DNA of 64,000 nt from Nanobdellati archaeon (lineage in GTDB: Archaea; B1Sed10-29; JAGVWA01), in the NCBI GenBank assembly GCA_018304505.1, contig JAGVWA010000002.1:1-64000 (forward strand), in the 5' to 3' direction. Of the stretch, positions 20,154 through 28,890 are shown piece by piece (the stretch's first letter is position 1; each line of letters begins with the position of its first letter). A program made the translations under genes and the position numbers. The notes beneath the pieces were generated by a model. That model was not told the DNA's origin, made no database searches, and was given only the letters and a program-made list of their open reading frames with translations.

Positions 20154-21404
20154 TTACTTCAATCCGTGTAGCATGAACTTCCACGCTGGAATAAGATGGA
20201 TTTTTCCGTGTTCTGTTTTTATTTCATTTTCAGTGTCCTTTGTTATTATGATGCCTTTCTTGGTTTTGAATTTTTTCATAAATTCTTTTGTTCCTTTTAG
20301 GTCATCTGATACTATATTGTGCTGATATTTTACTTCTACGGGTGTCTTGTTAATGACCGCGTCTACGTCATAGCTGTTTTTCCAGAACATGTTTGTTCCC
20401 AAGGCATTGATGACGGCCGTCTCTACCATTCTTCCGAAAAAGGAATCGTCTATAATTGGCTTGTATGCGCTTATTATGCCCGTGTCGGTTAGGTATGCTC
20501 TCTTGGTTTTTCTTAGTGTGGACACGCCCCCTTTTCTGTAGTTTCCAAGTAATTTTACGACAAACCCCTCCTCTAGGATCATGACATATTCACTTACTGT
20601 TTTTCTATTCAAATCAAATTGCTGTGCAATTGATTGGTAACTTACGTCCATGCCGGGGTTTATCGCGATTGCTTCCATGATTTTTTTAAGTTTGTCAAGG
20701 TCGCGTATATGAAATAGTTGTAAAAAATCTTTGTAGATTATTTTGTCAATCACAATTGAGCGAATGTATTCTTTTGTTTGCCGCGCGTCTTCATTTATAA
20801 CTTCTGGAAAACCACCACGTAGGATATATTCAACGAGTTCCTGCTTAATCTTTGCTTGCGGCAAATTAATGTTTTTATTGCGCAGTTCGAGAAATTCCTT
20901 GAATGACAGGCTTGGCAGATAATGCTCATAAATGCGGCCAGCCAATGTTTCTTTAGTTTTTTGCGCTATAAATAGGCCTTCTGATCCACTGAGTACGAAC
21001 TTCATTTTTGGATAAAGGTCATAGTATTTTTTAAGCTGGTTTTGCCAATTTTCTAGTTTTTGAATTTCATCAAGGAAAAGGTACGTTTTATCATGCCTGA
21101 AGTCCACGCCTTGCAGTTCTTTGTAACTAGTTAATATGTCATTTAGGTCTTTTACTGTTTCATCAAAGGAGAAGTACAGCACTTGCTTAGCGTCAACCCC
21201 GGTTGTGAGCAAGTGATTAATGGTTTGTCTCATCATCACTGTTTTTCCTACTCGTCGTAAGCCAATAATTGATATTATCTGTCTTTTGCCAAGCTGGGAT
21301 AACACTTCCTGCAACAAGTGCCGTTTATATGTTTCAAGCAATTCAGGAGGTACTCTGCGTGTGAACCACCATTCATTAAATTCCTCAAGAACCTCTTTTC
21401 TCAT
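20154..21404 (-). CDS. AAA+ ATPase (AAA_14 + DUF4143 family)
   Basis: GLRRVGKT, FLDEIQ, SGS, GGFPE, KxYLTDTG, C-terminal DVD...PVEVK nuclease-like motif; AT-rich. Confidence 0.9.
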   Translation of the reverse strand: MRKEVLEEFNEWWFTRRVPPELLETYKRHLLQEVLSQLGKRQIISIIGLRRVGKTVMMRQTINHLLTTGVDAKQVLYFSFDETVKDLNDILTSYKELQGVDFRHDKTYLFLDEIQKLENWQNQLKKYYDLYPKMKFVLSGSEGLFIAQKTKETLAGRIYEHYLPSLSFKEFLELRNKNINLPQAKIKQELVEYILRGGFPEVINEDARQTKEYIRSIVIDKIIYKDFLQLFHIRDLDKLKKIMEAIAINPGMDVSYQSIAQQFDLNRKTVSEYVMILEEGFVVKLLGNYRKGGVSTLRKTKRAYLTDTGIISAYKPIIDDSFFGRMVETAVINALGTNMFWKNSYDVDAVINKTPVEVKYQHNIVSDDLKGTKEFMKKFKTKKGIIITKDTENEIKTEHGKIHLIPAWKFMLHGLK

Positions 21405-21511
21405 ATGTCCATTACACTGGGCACATATTTAAACTTTATGTCCGGTATAAGTGCCAAATATAGAGGGTTTGTGCGGGGCGTTGAGTGCAGGCCGAAACAA
21501 ACTGACTGCGC

Positions 21512-21561
21512 GCTGCACTGTAAACGTTTATAAACCCGCGTTGAGTGTTTTTGCGTGATGA
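21512..21561 (+). repeat. 50-bp direct repeat, copy B; promoter of the membrane-protein genes
   Basis: Matches 20069..20118; TATA box about 25 bp upstream of GTG/ATG. Confidence 0.9.
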
Positions 21562-21998
21562 CGAACTGGGTGCTGCAGCTGAACTTTGGCAACAACACGA
21601 ATCCGTTACTGGGCCTGTTCAAGTCGCTGTTCCTGATTTTCGACCAGATCATTGGCAGCATTGACAGGATTCTCGTCAACATCATTCCGCAGTACAACAT
21701 CGTGAAGCTGGGCTTCAGGGTCCTGATTTTGCTGTACATCATCTCATTTGTCAGGGAGAAATTCGGCGGCGGAGCCCTAGGCACTATTGCGGCGCTGGTG
21801 GCTGCATACGTTTTTATATTCCAGCTCCCATTTTTGCAATTTGCGGTGCTGGCTTATATTATACTGACCATGGGCATTTCCAATATCCTGCTTGACGTGG
21901 CCCTGGCCAACCCGTTCAAGATGATTGGCAAGAAGGGCAAGCCGGAAGCACCCCATGGCGGAGCGCAGCACCCGGATGGCGGGGGAGACGTGTTCTAG
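21555..21998 (+). CDS. small multi-pass membrane protein (paralog family A)
   Basis: YIISFVREKFGGGALGTIAALVAAYVFIF helix-GGG-helix. Confidence 0.8.
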   Translation: MMTNWVLQLNFGNNTNPLLGLFKSLFLIFDQIIGSIDRILVNIIPQYNIVKLGFRVLILLYIISFVREKFGGGALGTIAALVAAYVFIFQLPFLQFAVLAYIILTMGISNILLDVALANPFKMIGKKGKPEAPHGGAQHPDGGGDVF

Positions 21999-21999
21999 C

Positions 22000-22335
22000 A
22001 TGGCATCACGGGGTTTTGCAATAGGCACGTGGTACTTCATACTCTTCCTGGTAATCATGGCGTTCTTCCTTGTGGGGCCAATAATCTTGGCAGAAGCCTT
22101 CCCTGTACTGAAGATAATGCTGCTCGCGTTCTTTTGCTACGAGATTTACAAGTTTGTTGAAGCGCGCGTGGGCGGCGGCGTGCTGACGTATGTGCTCTCA
22201 GGCATACTGATTTATGTCTTCGTCATTGTGCTGTGGCCGCTCCTTGTGGCGTCGTACTTCTTCACGGTCATTGTAGGCCTGGGCCTGTTCGGGCCGATAC
22301 TGTTCCAGCTGCAGCACGCGGTCGAGGGCAAGTAG
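22000..22335 (+). CDS. small multi-pass membrane protein (paralog family A)
   Basis: IYKFVEARVGGGVLTYVLSGILIYVFVI aligns with the previous gene; ATG 22000 follows its stop. Confidence 0.8.
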   Translation: MASRGFAIGTWYFILFLVIMAFFLVGPIILAEAFPVLKIMLLAFFCYEIYKFVEARVGGGVLTYVLSGILIYVFVIVLWPLLVASYFFTVIVGLGLFGPILFQLQHAVEGK

Positions 22336-22357
22336 CTGAAGGGCTGGGCGGCAGTCG

Positions 22358-22390
22358 GTTTTAGGAAAGTTTTAAATTGGACTGTTCTAT
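22358..22390 (+). repeat. second copy of the PIN-TA cassette leader/promoter
   Basis: 31/33 identical to 11406..11438; no TA genes follow. Confidence 0.8.
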
Positions 22391-22468
22391 TATGAAAATC
22401 CACATCGTGAGTTTATATACTTTGGGATTTAATAAAATATAAACGTAAATTTCAAAGTTAATTTATTT

Positions 22469-22567
22469 GGTTCTTCTGCGCCGCATGCTTGGGGTATTTT
22501 GAGTTTGAAATACTCCCGGTCGTGGAAGCCGTATGCTCTTCTCCTACAATATGGCAGAAGGGACCCC
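22469..22567 (-). mobile_element. ISL3-family transposase remnant / MITE-like element
   Basis: Minus frame reads RRRAYGFHDREYFKLKI, like ISL3 transposase C-termini; imperfect terminal IR GGTTCTTCTGC...GCAGAAGGGACC. Confidence 0.6.
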
Positions 22568-22873
22568 ATTTTTATCACCTTATCCTAAACTAGCAGAAGA
22601 GCTGTATTTTATTAGGGCCTAGGGTCATTCTCTGTTAGCCGCCACCTAAGAATTTTATATAGTTTCTAATAAACCAGCCTAGAAATGCGAATGTGTTTTT
22701 TGATCCGCGCGCCCAGGATGGGATGGAGTTATATACTTTTTGTCATATATGCTAATGGGTATATAATTTTCCTGGGCGTGCCCTTTTACCAGATAACGTT
22801 AAAATACTTTGGGGGTTTAGTACTATAGTATTATAGTATATTTAGTGTTAGGGTATTATACAACGGTGAAAAA

Positions 22874-23110
22874 ATGGGAAACGTGTTCGCGGACGTGCAG
22901 CTTGCTATTACATTGATACTGTTCATAATGCTCTTCCAGTGGTCTATTGAATTCACAGCCTCGATTTTCCTGGGCGCAGTGCTGGCCCTTGTTGTGGCAT
23001 ACCTCACCTTCTTCAGCCACTTCGAGATCCTGCTCCTGATCCTTGTGCTGTTCTTCGGCGCGCCGTTTTTCAAGGGCCTTCTCGAGGGCATTAAGGAAGG
23101 CGTAAAATGA
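22874..23110 (+). CDS. small membrane protein (family A-like)
   Basis: 78 aa hydrophobic; LFQWSIEFTASIFLGAVLALVVAYLTF. Confidence 0.8.
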   Translation: MGNVFADVQLAITLILFIMLFQWSIEFTASIFLGAVLALVVAYLTFFSHFEILLLILVLFFGAPFFKGLLEGIKEGVK

Positions 23111-23134
23111 CGAGGTTTTTCTGGGGGGCTTAGC

Positions 23135-23437
23135 ATGGATTCGCTGTCGATAGTCATCGTGCTCCTCGTCACGTTCCTGGCATACCAGCAGGGCATACCG
23201 TGGCTTTTCTGGGGCTCAGTGCTGCTGTTTGTAGTCACTGTCAGGCAGCCCAGCGTGATCATTGTGTTCGGGTTGGGCCTGCTGGCGCTGCAATTCCTCA
23301 GGCTGCAGGACTTCTGGTTTATTATACTCGCCATCATCGTTGCCTTTGTGTTGATGACACAGAAAGAGCAACCCAAGCCCGCAGGCGGCGAAGAGCTCTA
23401 CTCCCCTGAGCTGATGGAGCTCCTTGGTGGTAAGTAA
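23135..23437 (+). CDS. small membrane protein with acidic tail
   Basis: About 4 short hydrophobic segments then QKEQPKPAGGEELYSPELMELLGGK; TAATG coupling to the next gene. Confidence 0.8.
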   Translation: MDSLSIVIVLLVTFLAYQQGIPWLFWGSVLLFVVTVRQPSVIIVFGLGLLALQFLRLQDFWFIILAIIVAFVLMTQKEQPKPAGGEELYSPELMELLGGK

Positions 23438-23787
23438 TGAAGCTTGACAATTCAGTGCTTGTGGCAGTCATCATCGTGCTGGCCTTCGGATTCCTTAACA
23501 AGCTCATAGTGCCGGCGATATTAGTAAGCATAGCAGTGGTTTATTTTATGGCAAAGCCAGAACCGGCGCCAGCCCTAATTACAGACACAGGGCAGCCCAA
23601 GGTAGAACCAATCAGGGTCCAGCGGGTTTACACAGGCCCGAAATCAATATACCCTGAGAAGATGGAGATCCACCTTAAGGGCGAAAAGGCCAAGCAGATC
23701 CACCTAAAGGAAGGCGCCAAGGGCACGCTCAAGGAACTTGGCAGGTGGGCGAAGTACTTCCTGACTGGAAAAATCGATGAAAAGTGA
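23437..23787 (+). CDS. TM-hairpin protein with YPEK motif (paralog family B)
   Basis: 2 short TM + Pro linker + PIRV...GPKSIYPEKMEI + amphipathic C-helix. Confidence 0.8.
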   Translation: MKLDNSVLVAVIIVLAFGFLNKLIVPAILVSIAVVYFMAKPEPAPALITDTGQPKVEPIRVQRVYTGPKSIYPEKMEIHLKGEKAKQIHLKEGAKGTLKELGRWAKYFLTGKIDEK

Positions 23788-23804
23788 TCGCGGAGTGATA
23801 TGCA

Positions 23805-24155
23805 ATGTCGAATAACAACACGTATGCGCTGCTCGCCATAATAATTTTGGCTTCACTGTACCTGAAATTGCAGTGGCTCACCATAGGTTTGGTGCTGTTA
23901 ACCGTGCTGTTGTATGTGTCAGAATCAAAGCCAGCAAAGGCCGAGGGGGCAAAGGCTGCACCAGGTTCGCAAGGGCCGACGCTGCGGCCTGTGATTTATG
24001 AGGACGTTGGGCCTGTGCCATCACTGTATCCTGAAAAGCAGGAAATCGTTATAGTTACAGAGCCCCCAAAAGTAGCAGCCACAATGGTGCTGGAGTCGCT
24101 GGCCAACATAACCTCGTCAGTGTTCTGGCTGTTTAAAGGACTAATGAGGAAATGA
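23805..24155 (+). CDS. TM-hairpin protein with YPEK motif (paralog family B)
   Basis: 2 short TM + PVIY...GPVPSLYPEKQEI + amphipathic C-helix. Confidence 0.8.
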   Translation: MSNNNTYALLAIIILASLYLKLQWLTIGLVLLTVLLYVSESKPAKAEGAKAAPGSQGPTLRPVIYEDVGPVPSLYPEKQEIVIVTEPPKVAATMVLESLANITSSVFWLFKGLMRK

Positions 24156-24496
24156 TAAACATGAACACGACGCAACTGATATTAATCCTCATTGCTGCGC
24201 TGCTCGTTTACATTGGATACGGCATTCCTGCGCTTGTGCTGCTCGGGATCGCGTTCATGGTGAAGGAAAAACCAGCAGCCTCAAAGGCGGGCGCTGCAGG
24301 CGCGGGCGGCATCGCGCCCATCCAGATACCGTATCAGGCACCGTACACCATTCCAGAGAAAATGTCCATGAAGATGGGAGAGGCCAAGGCGGGAAAACGC
24401 AAGTGGGAAGGCCCGATGGAAGACGTCGCAGGTGGTCTCGGTGGTATAATCGGCAAGCTCCTTGGCAGGGCAGTAAGTGGGGGCAAGAAAAAATGA
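24152..24496 (+). CDS. TM-hairpin protein with IPEK motif (paralog family B)
   Basis: 2 short TM + PIQI...PYTIPEKMSM + Gly-rich amphipathic helix. Confidence 0.8.
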   Translation: MINMNTTQLILILIAALLVYIGYGIPALVLLGIAFMVKEKPAASKAGAAGAGGIAPIQIPYQAPYTIPEKMSMKMGEAKAGKRKWEGPMEDVAGGLGGIIGKLLGRAVSGGKKK

Positions 24497-24524
24497 GGCC
24501 GGAGACAATTTGGTAGTGATCAAT

Positions 24525-25259
24525 ATGATCTGGTGGCTCTTTATTTTTCTTGTCTTGCTCGGGGTTTACATGAACAACATCGTTGTGCTTGCAGCAGCGC
24601 TCATCATCCCGCTTCACGAATTCTTCCTGAAACAGCAGGCGCAAGCCATGATGCCTACTAAACCAATGCCCAGGGAGCATGCTGCAGTTCCCGTGCATGA
24701 AGACGCGCACATACGGATTCAGGATGAAATAATTCAGGGCCCTGCGCCGCCGCATCCGCTTGAGTCATTTGACGTCTGGCGAAGGCCGTTCCCAGTGAAT
24801 TTAGTGACACAGCTCGGGCTTACAGCTGCGCCTGTTGTACATCCAGAAACAGGAAAGCAGGTTTACAGTGCTGAGGGCAAGCCCCTGATTGCACCAGCGA
24901 TAGAGGCGAAAGAGCAGACTATCCCTCAGATATTGGCAGAAAAGCCCGAATACAGCAAAGACCCGCTGGTTAGAAGCAAGCTATTTATAGACTTCCCGCT
25001 TTACAACATCAGTGGCATCATCAAGTACGGTGGCGAGCTGGCGAGGGCCGTAGCTGAGCAGCCCGAGGTGTTTGAAGTAAAAGGGATGATGGAGACGCAG
25101 CTGGGGCAGCAGATAAAAACAATGCGCGCAGTTCAGCAAAGGTATTTTGAAGAAGTGGCTGCGTTCAACAAGATGCCGCGTGGGCCGGAAAAGCAGAAGG
25201 AGTATGAAAGGCTCAAGGGCCTTGACACAGCGTTGAAAAGAACAGGATGGTTAAAATGA
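24525..25259 (+). CDS. membrane protein with N-terminal TM hairpin and soluble Pro-rich/coiled-coil region
   Basis: MIWWLFIFLVLLGVYMNNIVVLAAALIIPL; GTGAT RBS before ATG 24525. Confidence 0.75.
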   Translation: MIWWLFIFLVLLGVYMNNIVVLAAALIIPLHEFFLKQQAQAMMPTKPMPREHAAVPVHEDAHIRIQDEIIQGPAPPHPLESFDVWRRPFPVNLVTQLGLTAAPVVHPETGKQVYSAEGKPLIAPAIEAKEQTIPQILAEKPEYSKDPLVRSKLFIDFPLYNISGIIKYGGELARAVAEQPEVFEVKGMMETQLGQQIKTMRAVQQRYFEEVAAFNKMPRGPEKQKEYERLKGLDTALKRTGWLK

Positions 25260-26095
25260 TGACGAAGAAAATGTTCATGGCGTTGGGGATGCTGATTTTC
25301 ATGTTTGCCGCAGTTCCGCTAGCAGTCGCGCAGGAAACCCCCGAGTTAGAAATAGGGACTCCGTATGAGGAAATTCCGCAGGAGGAAATTGACGCTGCAA
25401 TACAGGCTGCGCACGCAGCGGAAATCGCAACCACTAATCTCTTGAGCACCGGCATTTCGATTGACGAGGACCTTGGGTGTTATGATCGGCCTGACGGCGG
25501 CAAGGAATGCCTTAACCCGATAGTGTTTTTTGAAGAGCCAGTGACGTTCACAGACGACGTTTTCTGCTATTCAAGCAACCCCGAGGCGAGATGCACCAGT
25601 GACTGCAATGACATCCTGGACCTTGGCTGCACCACATCGATAAGAACCACGCAGGCTTCTGAAAAAGAGCTGTGCGTTGACGTGATTTCAAAAACAGGTG
25701 ACGTTCGGGTTGAAGTTGAGTGCGAAAACATCACCATAAACGTGCAGGAATTCGACACGGGCCTTTTCCCTGGCGTCATAACGTCTTACGCGAACTGTCA
25801 GAAAAGAGTTACCGATGCCGATGCAGATGTGGCTGGCGGCCCGCAGGTGTATGAAGTGCAGTGCCCATTCAAGGGCAAAACCTTCCTTGTAAACGGAGGT
25901 ATAATGCACTACGGGGCCTTCATGATCAAGGACATTCTTTCAGAGACATCGCCGCAACAAATCGAGGTAAAGACCGTGTTTGCGGGCCTGCTGCTATTGA
26001 TTTTCGTGTGGGCGCTCATTCCTACTCTGCTACAGAAGAAAAAACCGACTGTGGCTGTGGTACCAAAACCCCCGAAACCAAGCAAGCGCAGATAA
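25247..26095 (+). CDS. secreted Cys-rich protein with C-terminal membrane anchor
   Basis: Signal peptide (AVPLAVA/Q), acidic Cys-rich domain, C-terminal TM + basic tail. Confidence 0.8.
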   Translation: MVKMMTKKMFMALGMLIFMFAAVPLAVAQETPELEIGTPYEEIPQEEIDAAIQAAHAAEIATTNLLSTGISIDEDLGCYDRPDGGKECLNPIVFFEEPVTFTDDVFCYSSNPEARCTSDCNDILDLGCTTSIRTTQASEKELCVDVISKTGDVRVEVECENITINVQEFDTGLFPGVITSYANCQKRVTDADADVAGGPQVYEVQCPFKGKTFLVNGGIMHYGAFMIKDILSETSPQQIEVKTVFAGLLLLIFVWALIPTLLQKKKPTVAVVPKPPKPSKRR

Positions 26096-26133
26096 AGCAG
26101 GCGTCAATAAAGCAGGTGCGGCAGACAAAACAG

Positions 26134-26210
26134 CGTCAAAGGCGCATGAGCATCTTGCGCCGTCAGAGGCGTATGAGCATCTTGCGCCGTCAAAGGCGCA
26201 TGAGCATCTT
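26134..26210. repeat. 27-bp tandem repeat x3 duplicating the 3' end of the 26190..26489 gene
   Basis: CGTCA(A/G)AGGCG(C/T)ATGAGCATCTT at 26134, 26161 and 26188; minus strand KML(M/I)RL*. Confidence 0.9.
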
Positions 26211-26489
26211 CTTGTTCAGGTCCAAGAGTTTCTCATTCAATTCTTTAATGGAAACAAGCAACGGCTTCAAGCCTTCAAGCATTTCCTTGATTGTGTGCAC
26301 CTCATCGGCCAATTCGTGCGATTCCTTTTCAGACAAGCCGGAAACGCTGCCATGCAGCGCCTCGATTTTCTTCTGGTGCTCTTCAAGGTCACTTTTCACA
26401 GTGTCCAAGACCCGCGAAACTTCCTCCGGGGACTCTGGCTCTGGCGCCGGTTCAGGCGCTGCGCCCGTTGTTTCTTCTTCATCCTGCAT
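26190..26489 (-). CDS. small acidic coiled-coil protein
   Basis: Heptad pattern; GAGTGA RBS; divergent from the 26558 gene. Confidence 0.75.
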   Translation of the reverse strand: MQDEEETTGAAPEPAPEPESPEEVSRVLDTVKSDLEEHQKKIEALHGSVSGLSEKESHELADEVHTIKEMLEGLKPLLVSIKELNEKLLDLNKKMLMRL

Positions 26490-26557
26490 TTAATCACTCA
26501 ACGTACACTGGTATTTAGTAACAAAGGTATATATATTAACATTCGCTTTATTAGCAC

Positions 26558-28099
26558 ATGGCGGAACTGGACTTAAAACACGGGCCTTGGACAGCGATCT
26601 TCAGCGGCGAATGGAAGGGGCACGAAGTCAGTTTGTACCAAAACCCGGACATGCTGACGATGTTGATGTTGGTAGACACATCGCCTGAAGGGCAAGCCAA
26701 GGGCGTCCTGATTGTCCTGAATAAGTACTTCACCTTCAAGGGGTCTCCAGAAGAGCTGGCAACTGCATTACGGGGGTATTCGCTCGTGTTCGAAAAAAAC
26801 ACGCCGACGTTCAGGGCAAAGTACTTCGCCCTCTCGAGTTCACCGAGGTACGCGAAGCCTGACCAGGAATCGATACAGGAAACCATAGAAGAGAACTTTG
26901 CAGAGTTAAGGCAGAGGAGTGAACAGGCCATCGAATCAAGCACGGCTTATCAGGTTGACTTGACTGACATTAGGAACTCCGGGAAGGATTTGCAGGACAA
27001 GCTCTTCAGTGAACCAAGCATACTCACGGGTTTAATGGTTACTGCGCCCGGTGTTGGGGCTGTCACAGAAACAGAGGGCGGCGAAGCCATTGCAGGTGCC
27101 CCAGCGCGAGCCAAAGCAACCAATGAAGCAACAGCCCTGCTGGGAAAAAAACTCACAGGCGAAAACGCAACAGAGGTACTGCAGAGCTTCCTCACAACGA
27201 TTATTTCGGGCAGCGACAAGGAAGTGAAAAAAGCAGCACACGTGGTCCTTGAGAACTGTGTGTTGAACAACGTCATCACGATTGTGTATGATGAGGACAA
27301 TTACTTTGAGAGAATGAAAACGCCGAACCAGAACTTTGACCGGGAGCATTATCCTGAACTGGAACCGATAGGCATGCCTGTCAAAAACGTCACACTTGAG
27401 AAGATAGGCATCAACCTCGACCTCATGGACTCGAAATCATTTAGGGAGATTCTCAGGATAGCTGGTGATTCAATAACAGGGAATGACACTTATGCGCTGA
27501 TAGGCGAGGTCTTTTATAAATATCCTCAGGGAATCGACAAGCTGGACGACGTCATTGGTTTGCTGCTGCAGGAAGAGGATCCGCAGAAGATGTTTCATTC
27601 GCGGCGTGCAGCCCGCTTCTTGAAAATCCTTGAGCAGAAACACCCGGGGGTTTTCAGAAAGGGCACTGACATGACGCAGTTTGTGTCTGCTTATGCGGCT
27701 GCGTTGAGCCAGGCCATCAGGCTGCCATTGCAGAACGTGACGCCGGAAATCAAAAAGGCAGTCATGTTGTCCATGTCGAGCGCATTCCTGAACTATTACA
27801 AGGAACGCAACCCATCAAGTGCGCTCAAGGCGCTACACTTAATGACAAATGCCAACAACGTGATGCAGGCTGATTCTGAAAAAGTGCTTGATGCAAAGCT
27901 CATAGAAGTTTACAAGCAGTCGCAGCAGATCGGCATCGGTTACCTCTTCGGGCTTGACGTTGACGCCGCGCCCCACGCCGACGTTCAGTCAAACCAAAGT
28001 TTAAGCATTTCGTTTGTTACGGAAACCGAAGTCGCCGTGAAGGAAAAAACCGGCAAGCCCTACCGTGCAGTCCTGAGGCCGCCGCTGTCTGCATATTAA
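26558..28099 (+). CDS. HerA/VirB4 (DUF87)-like protein with degenerate Walker motifs
   Basis: LLGK...TTIISGSDKEVKKAAHVVLEN..LNNVITIVYD...PN...PIG.P follows the HerA-like N-terminal layout but lacks GxxGxGKS and hhhhDE. Confidence 0.55.
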   Translation: MAELDLKHGPWTAIFSGEWKGHEVSLYQNPDMLTMLMLVDTSPEGQAKGVLIVLNKYFTFKGSPEELATALRGYSLVFEKNTPTFRAKYFALSSSPRYAKPDQESIQETIEENFAELRQRSEQAIESSTAYQVDLTDIRNSGKDLQDKLFSEPSILTGLMVTAPGVGAVTETEGGEAIAGAPARAKATNEATALLGKKLTGENATEVLQSFLTTIISGSDKEVKKAAHVVLENCVLNNVITIVYDEDNYFERMKTPNQNFDREHYPELEPIGMPVKNVTLEKIGINLDLMDSKSFREILRIAGDSITGNDTYALIGEVFYKYPQGIDKLDDVIGLLLQEEDPQKMFHSRRAARFLKILEQKHPGVFRKGTDMTQFVSAYAAALSQAIRLPLQNVTPEIKKAVMLSMSSAFLNYYKERNPSSALKALHLMTNANNVMQADSEKVLDAKLIEVYKQSQQIGIGYLFGLDVDAAPHADVQSNQSLSISFVTETEVAVKEKTGKPYRAVLRPPLSAY

Positions 28100-28123
28100 C
28101 TACGGGTTACGGGTCGTGGAAAA

Positions 28124-28360
28124 ATGGAAAAAATCAAGATGCTTGGAGCAATGATGAGACTGGCTCGTTTTAAAGGCGCAGCAAAAAAGAAAACAACTGA
28201 TGCAGAATACGAGCTGATTAGAGCAAAGGCGTTTAAGACATTGGAAAAAAGATTCGAGTAATAGCTCAGAGCAGATCTTCAGGTTTGTAATGCGGTGAAA
28301 TGTCTTCTAGTTTTTTAAAGTCCACATCGGTCTTCGTATAAATCCATCCAAATCGAGGTG
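28124..28360. pseudogene. decayed toxin-antitoxin remnants
   Basis: Plus 28124..28261 MEKIK...KGAAKKKTTDAEYELIRAKAFKTLEKRFE* (antitoxin-like tail); minus strand WIYTKTDVDFKKL...KPEDLL* (PIN C-terminus-like). Confidence 0.4.
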
Positions 28361-28423
28361 TCAAGGTAGTATCTTTCCATCAAGGGGGATTAGTGATTTG
28401 GCATGTTTATATAACTTAGTCAT

Positions 28424-28445
28424 GCCGCCGCTGTCTGCGTACTGA
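28424..28445 (+). repeat. duplicate of the last codons of 26558..28099
   Basis: GCCGCCGCTGTCTGCGTACTGA vs GCCGCCGCTGTCTGCATATTAA; both read PPLSAY*. Confidence 0.8.
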
Positions 28446-28518
28446 GGCCTCGTGAGGGAAGGCTTTTTATATAAAATGCGCCACAATTTTGTAAAAGTAA
28501 TGGTGTGGAGGGATGTAA

Positions 28519-28890
28519 ATGTGGGGACAGCAAATAGTTGACGCAGCAACAGCCAACAGGCGAAGCATTAAATGGTGGGGGCCGCGCGAATCATTTCCGT
28601 TCAGGGACGGCGAACCAAAATACCCCGAAGGCCGAATGGTTGGCTCAGTCGGCATCCCGCGCGAAGAACCCGGGCTGTACGTGAACGTTGTAAATGGTGA
28701 TGCTGGAATATTTTACATGTATTTAACAGATGATGAAAACGGAAGACATGCAAGCCAGATGGCGACAACCGCAGACCGTGCGTTCAGGCAGGACTTGCTG
28801 CGCCAAGGCCAGGACAGCAAAAGCACAAGGGAATTTTTGAGGGAAATGCAATCGCACTTTGAGCGGCAGTCCCCGGAAGAAGATCAGTAG
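28519..28890 (+). CDS. hypothetical protein
   Basis: TATA box and GGAGG RBS; 123-aa ORF with no recognised motif. Confidence 0.6.
   Translation: MWGQQIVDAATANRRSIKWWGPRESFPFRDGEPKYPEGRMVGSVGIPREEPGLYVNVVNGDAGIFYMYLTDDENGRHASQMATTADRAFRQDLLRQGQDSKSTREFLREMQSHFERQSPEEDQ

Noticed and set aside
26134-26210. Possible mini CRISPR array
   Set aside because: Units are head-to-tail without unique spacers, copy a gene end, and no cas genes are present
25861-26493. 210-aa ORF with RRQRRMSIL repeats
   Set aside because: Off-frame overlap of two real genes; the repeats derive from the 27-bp DNA tandem
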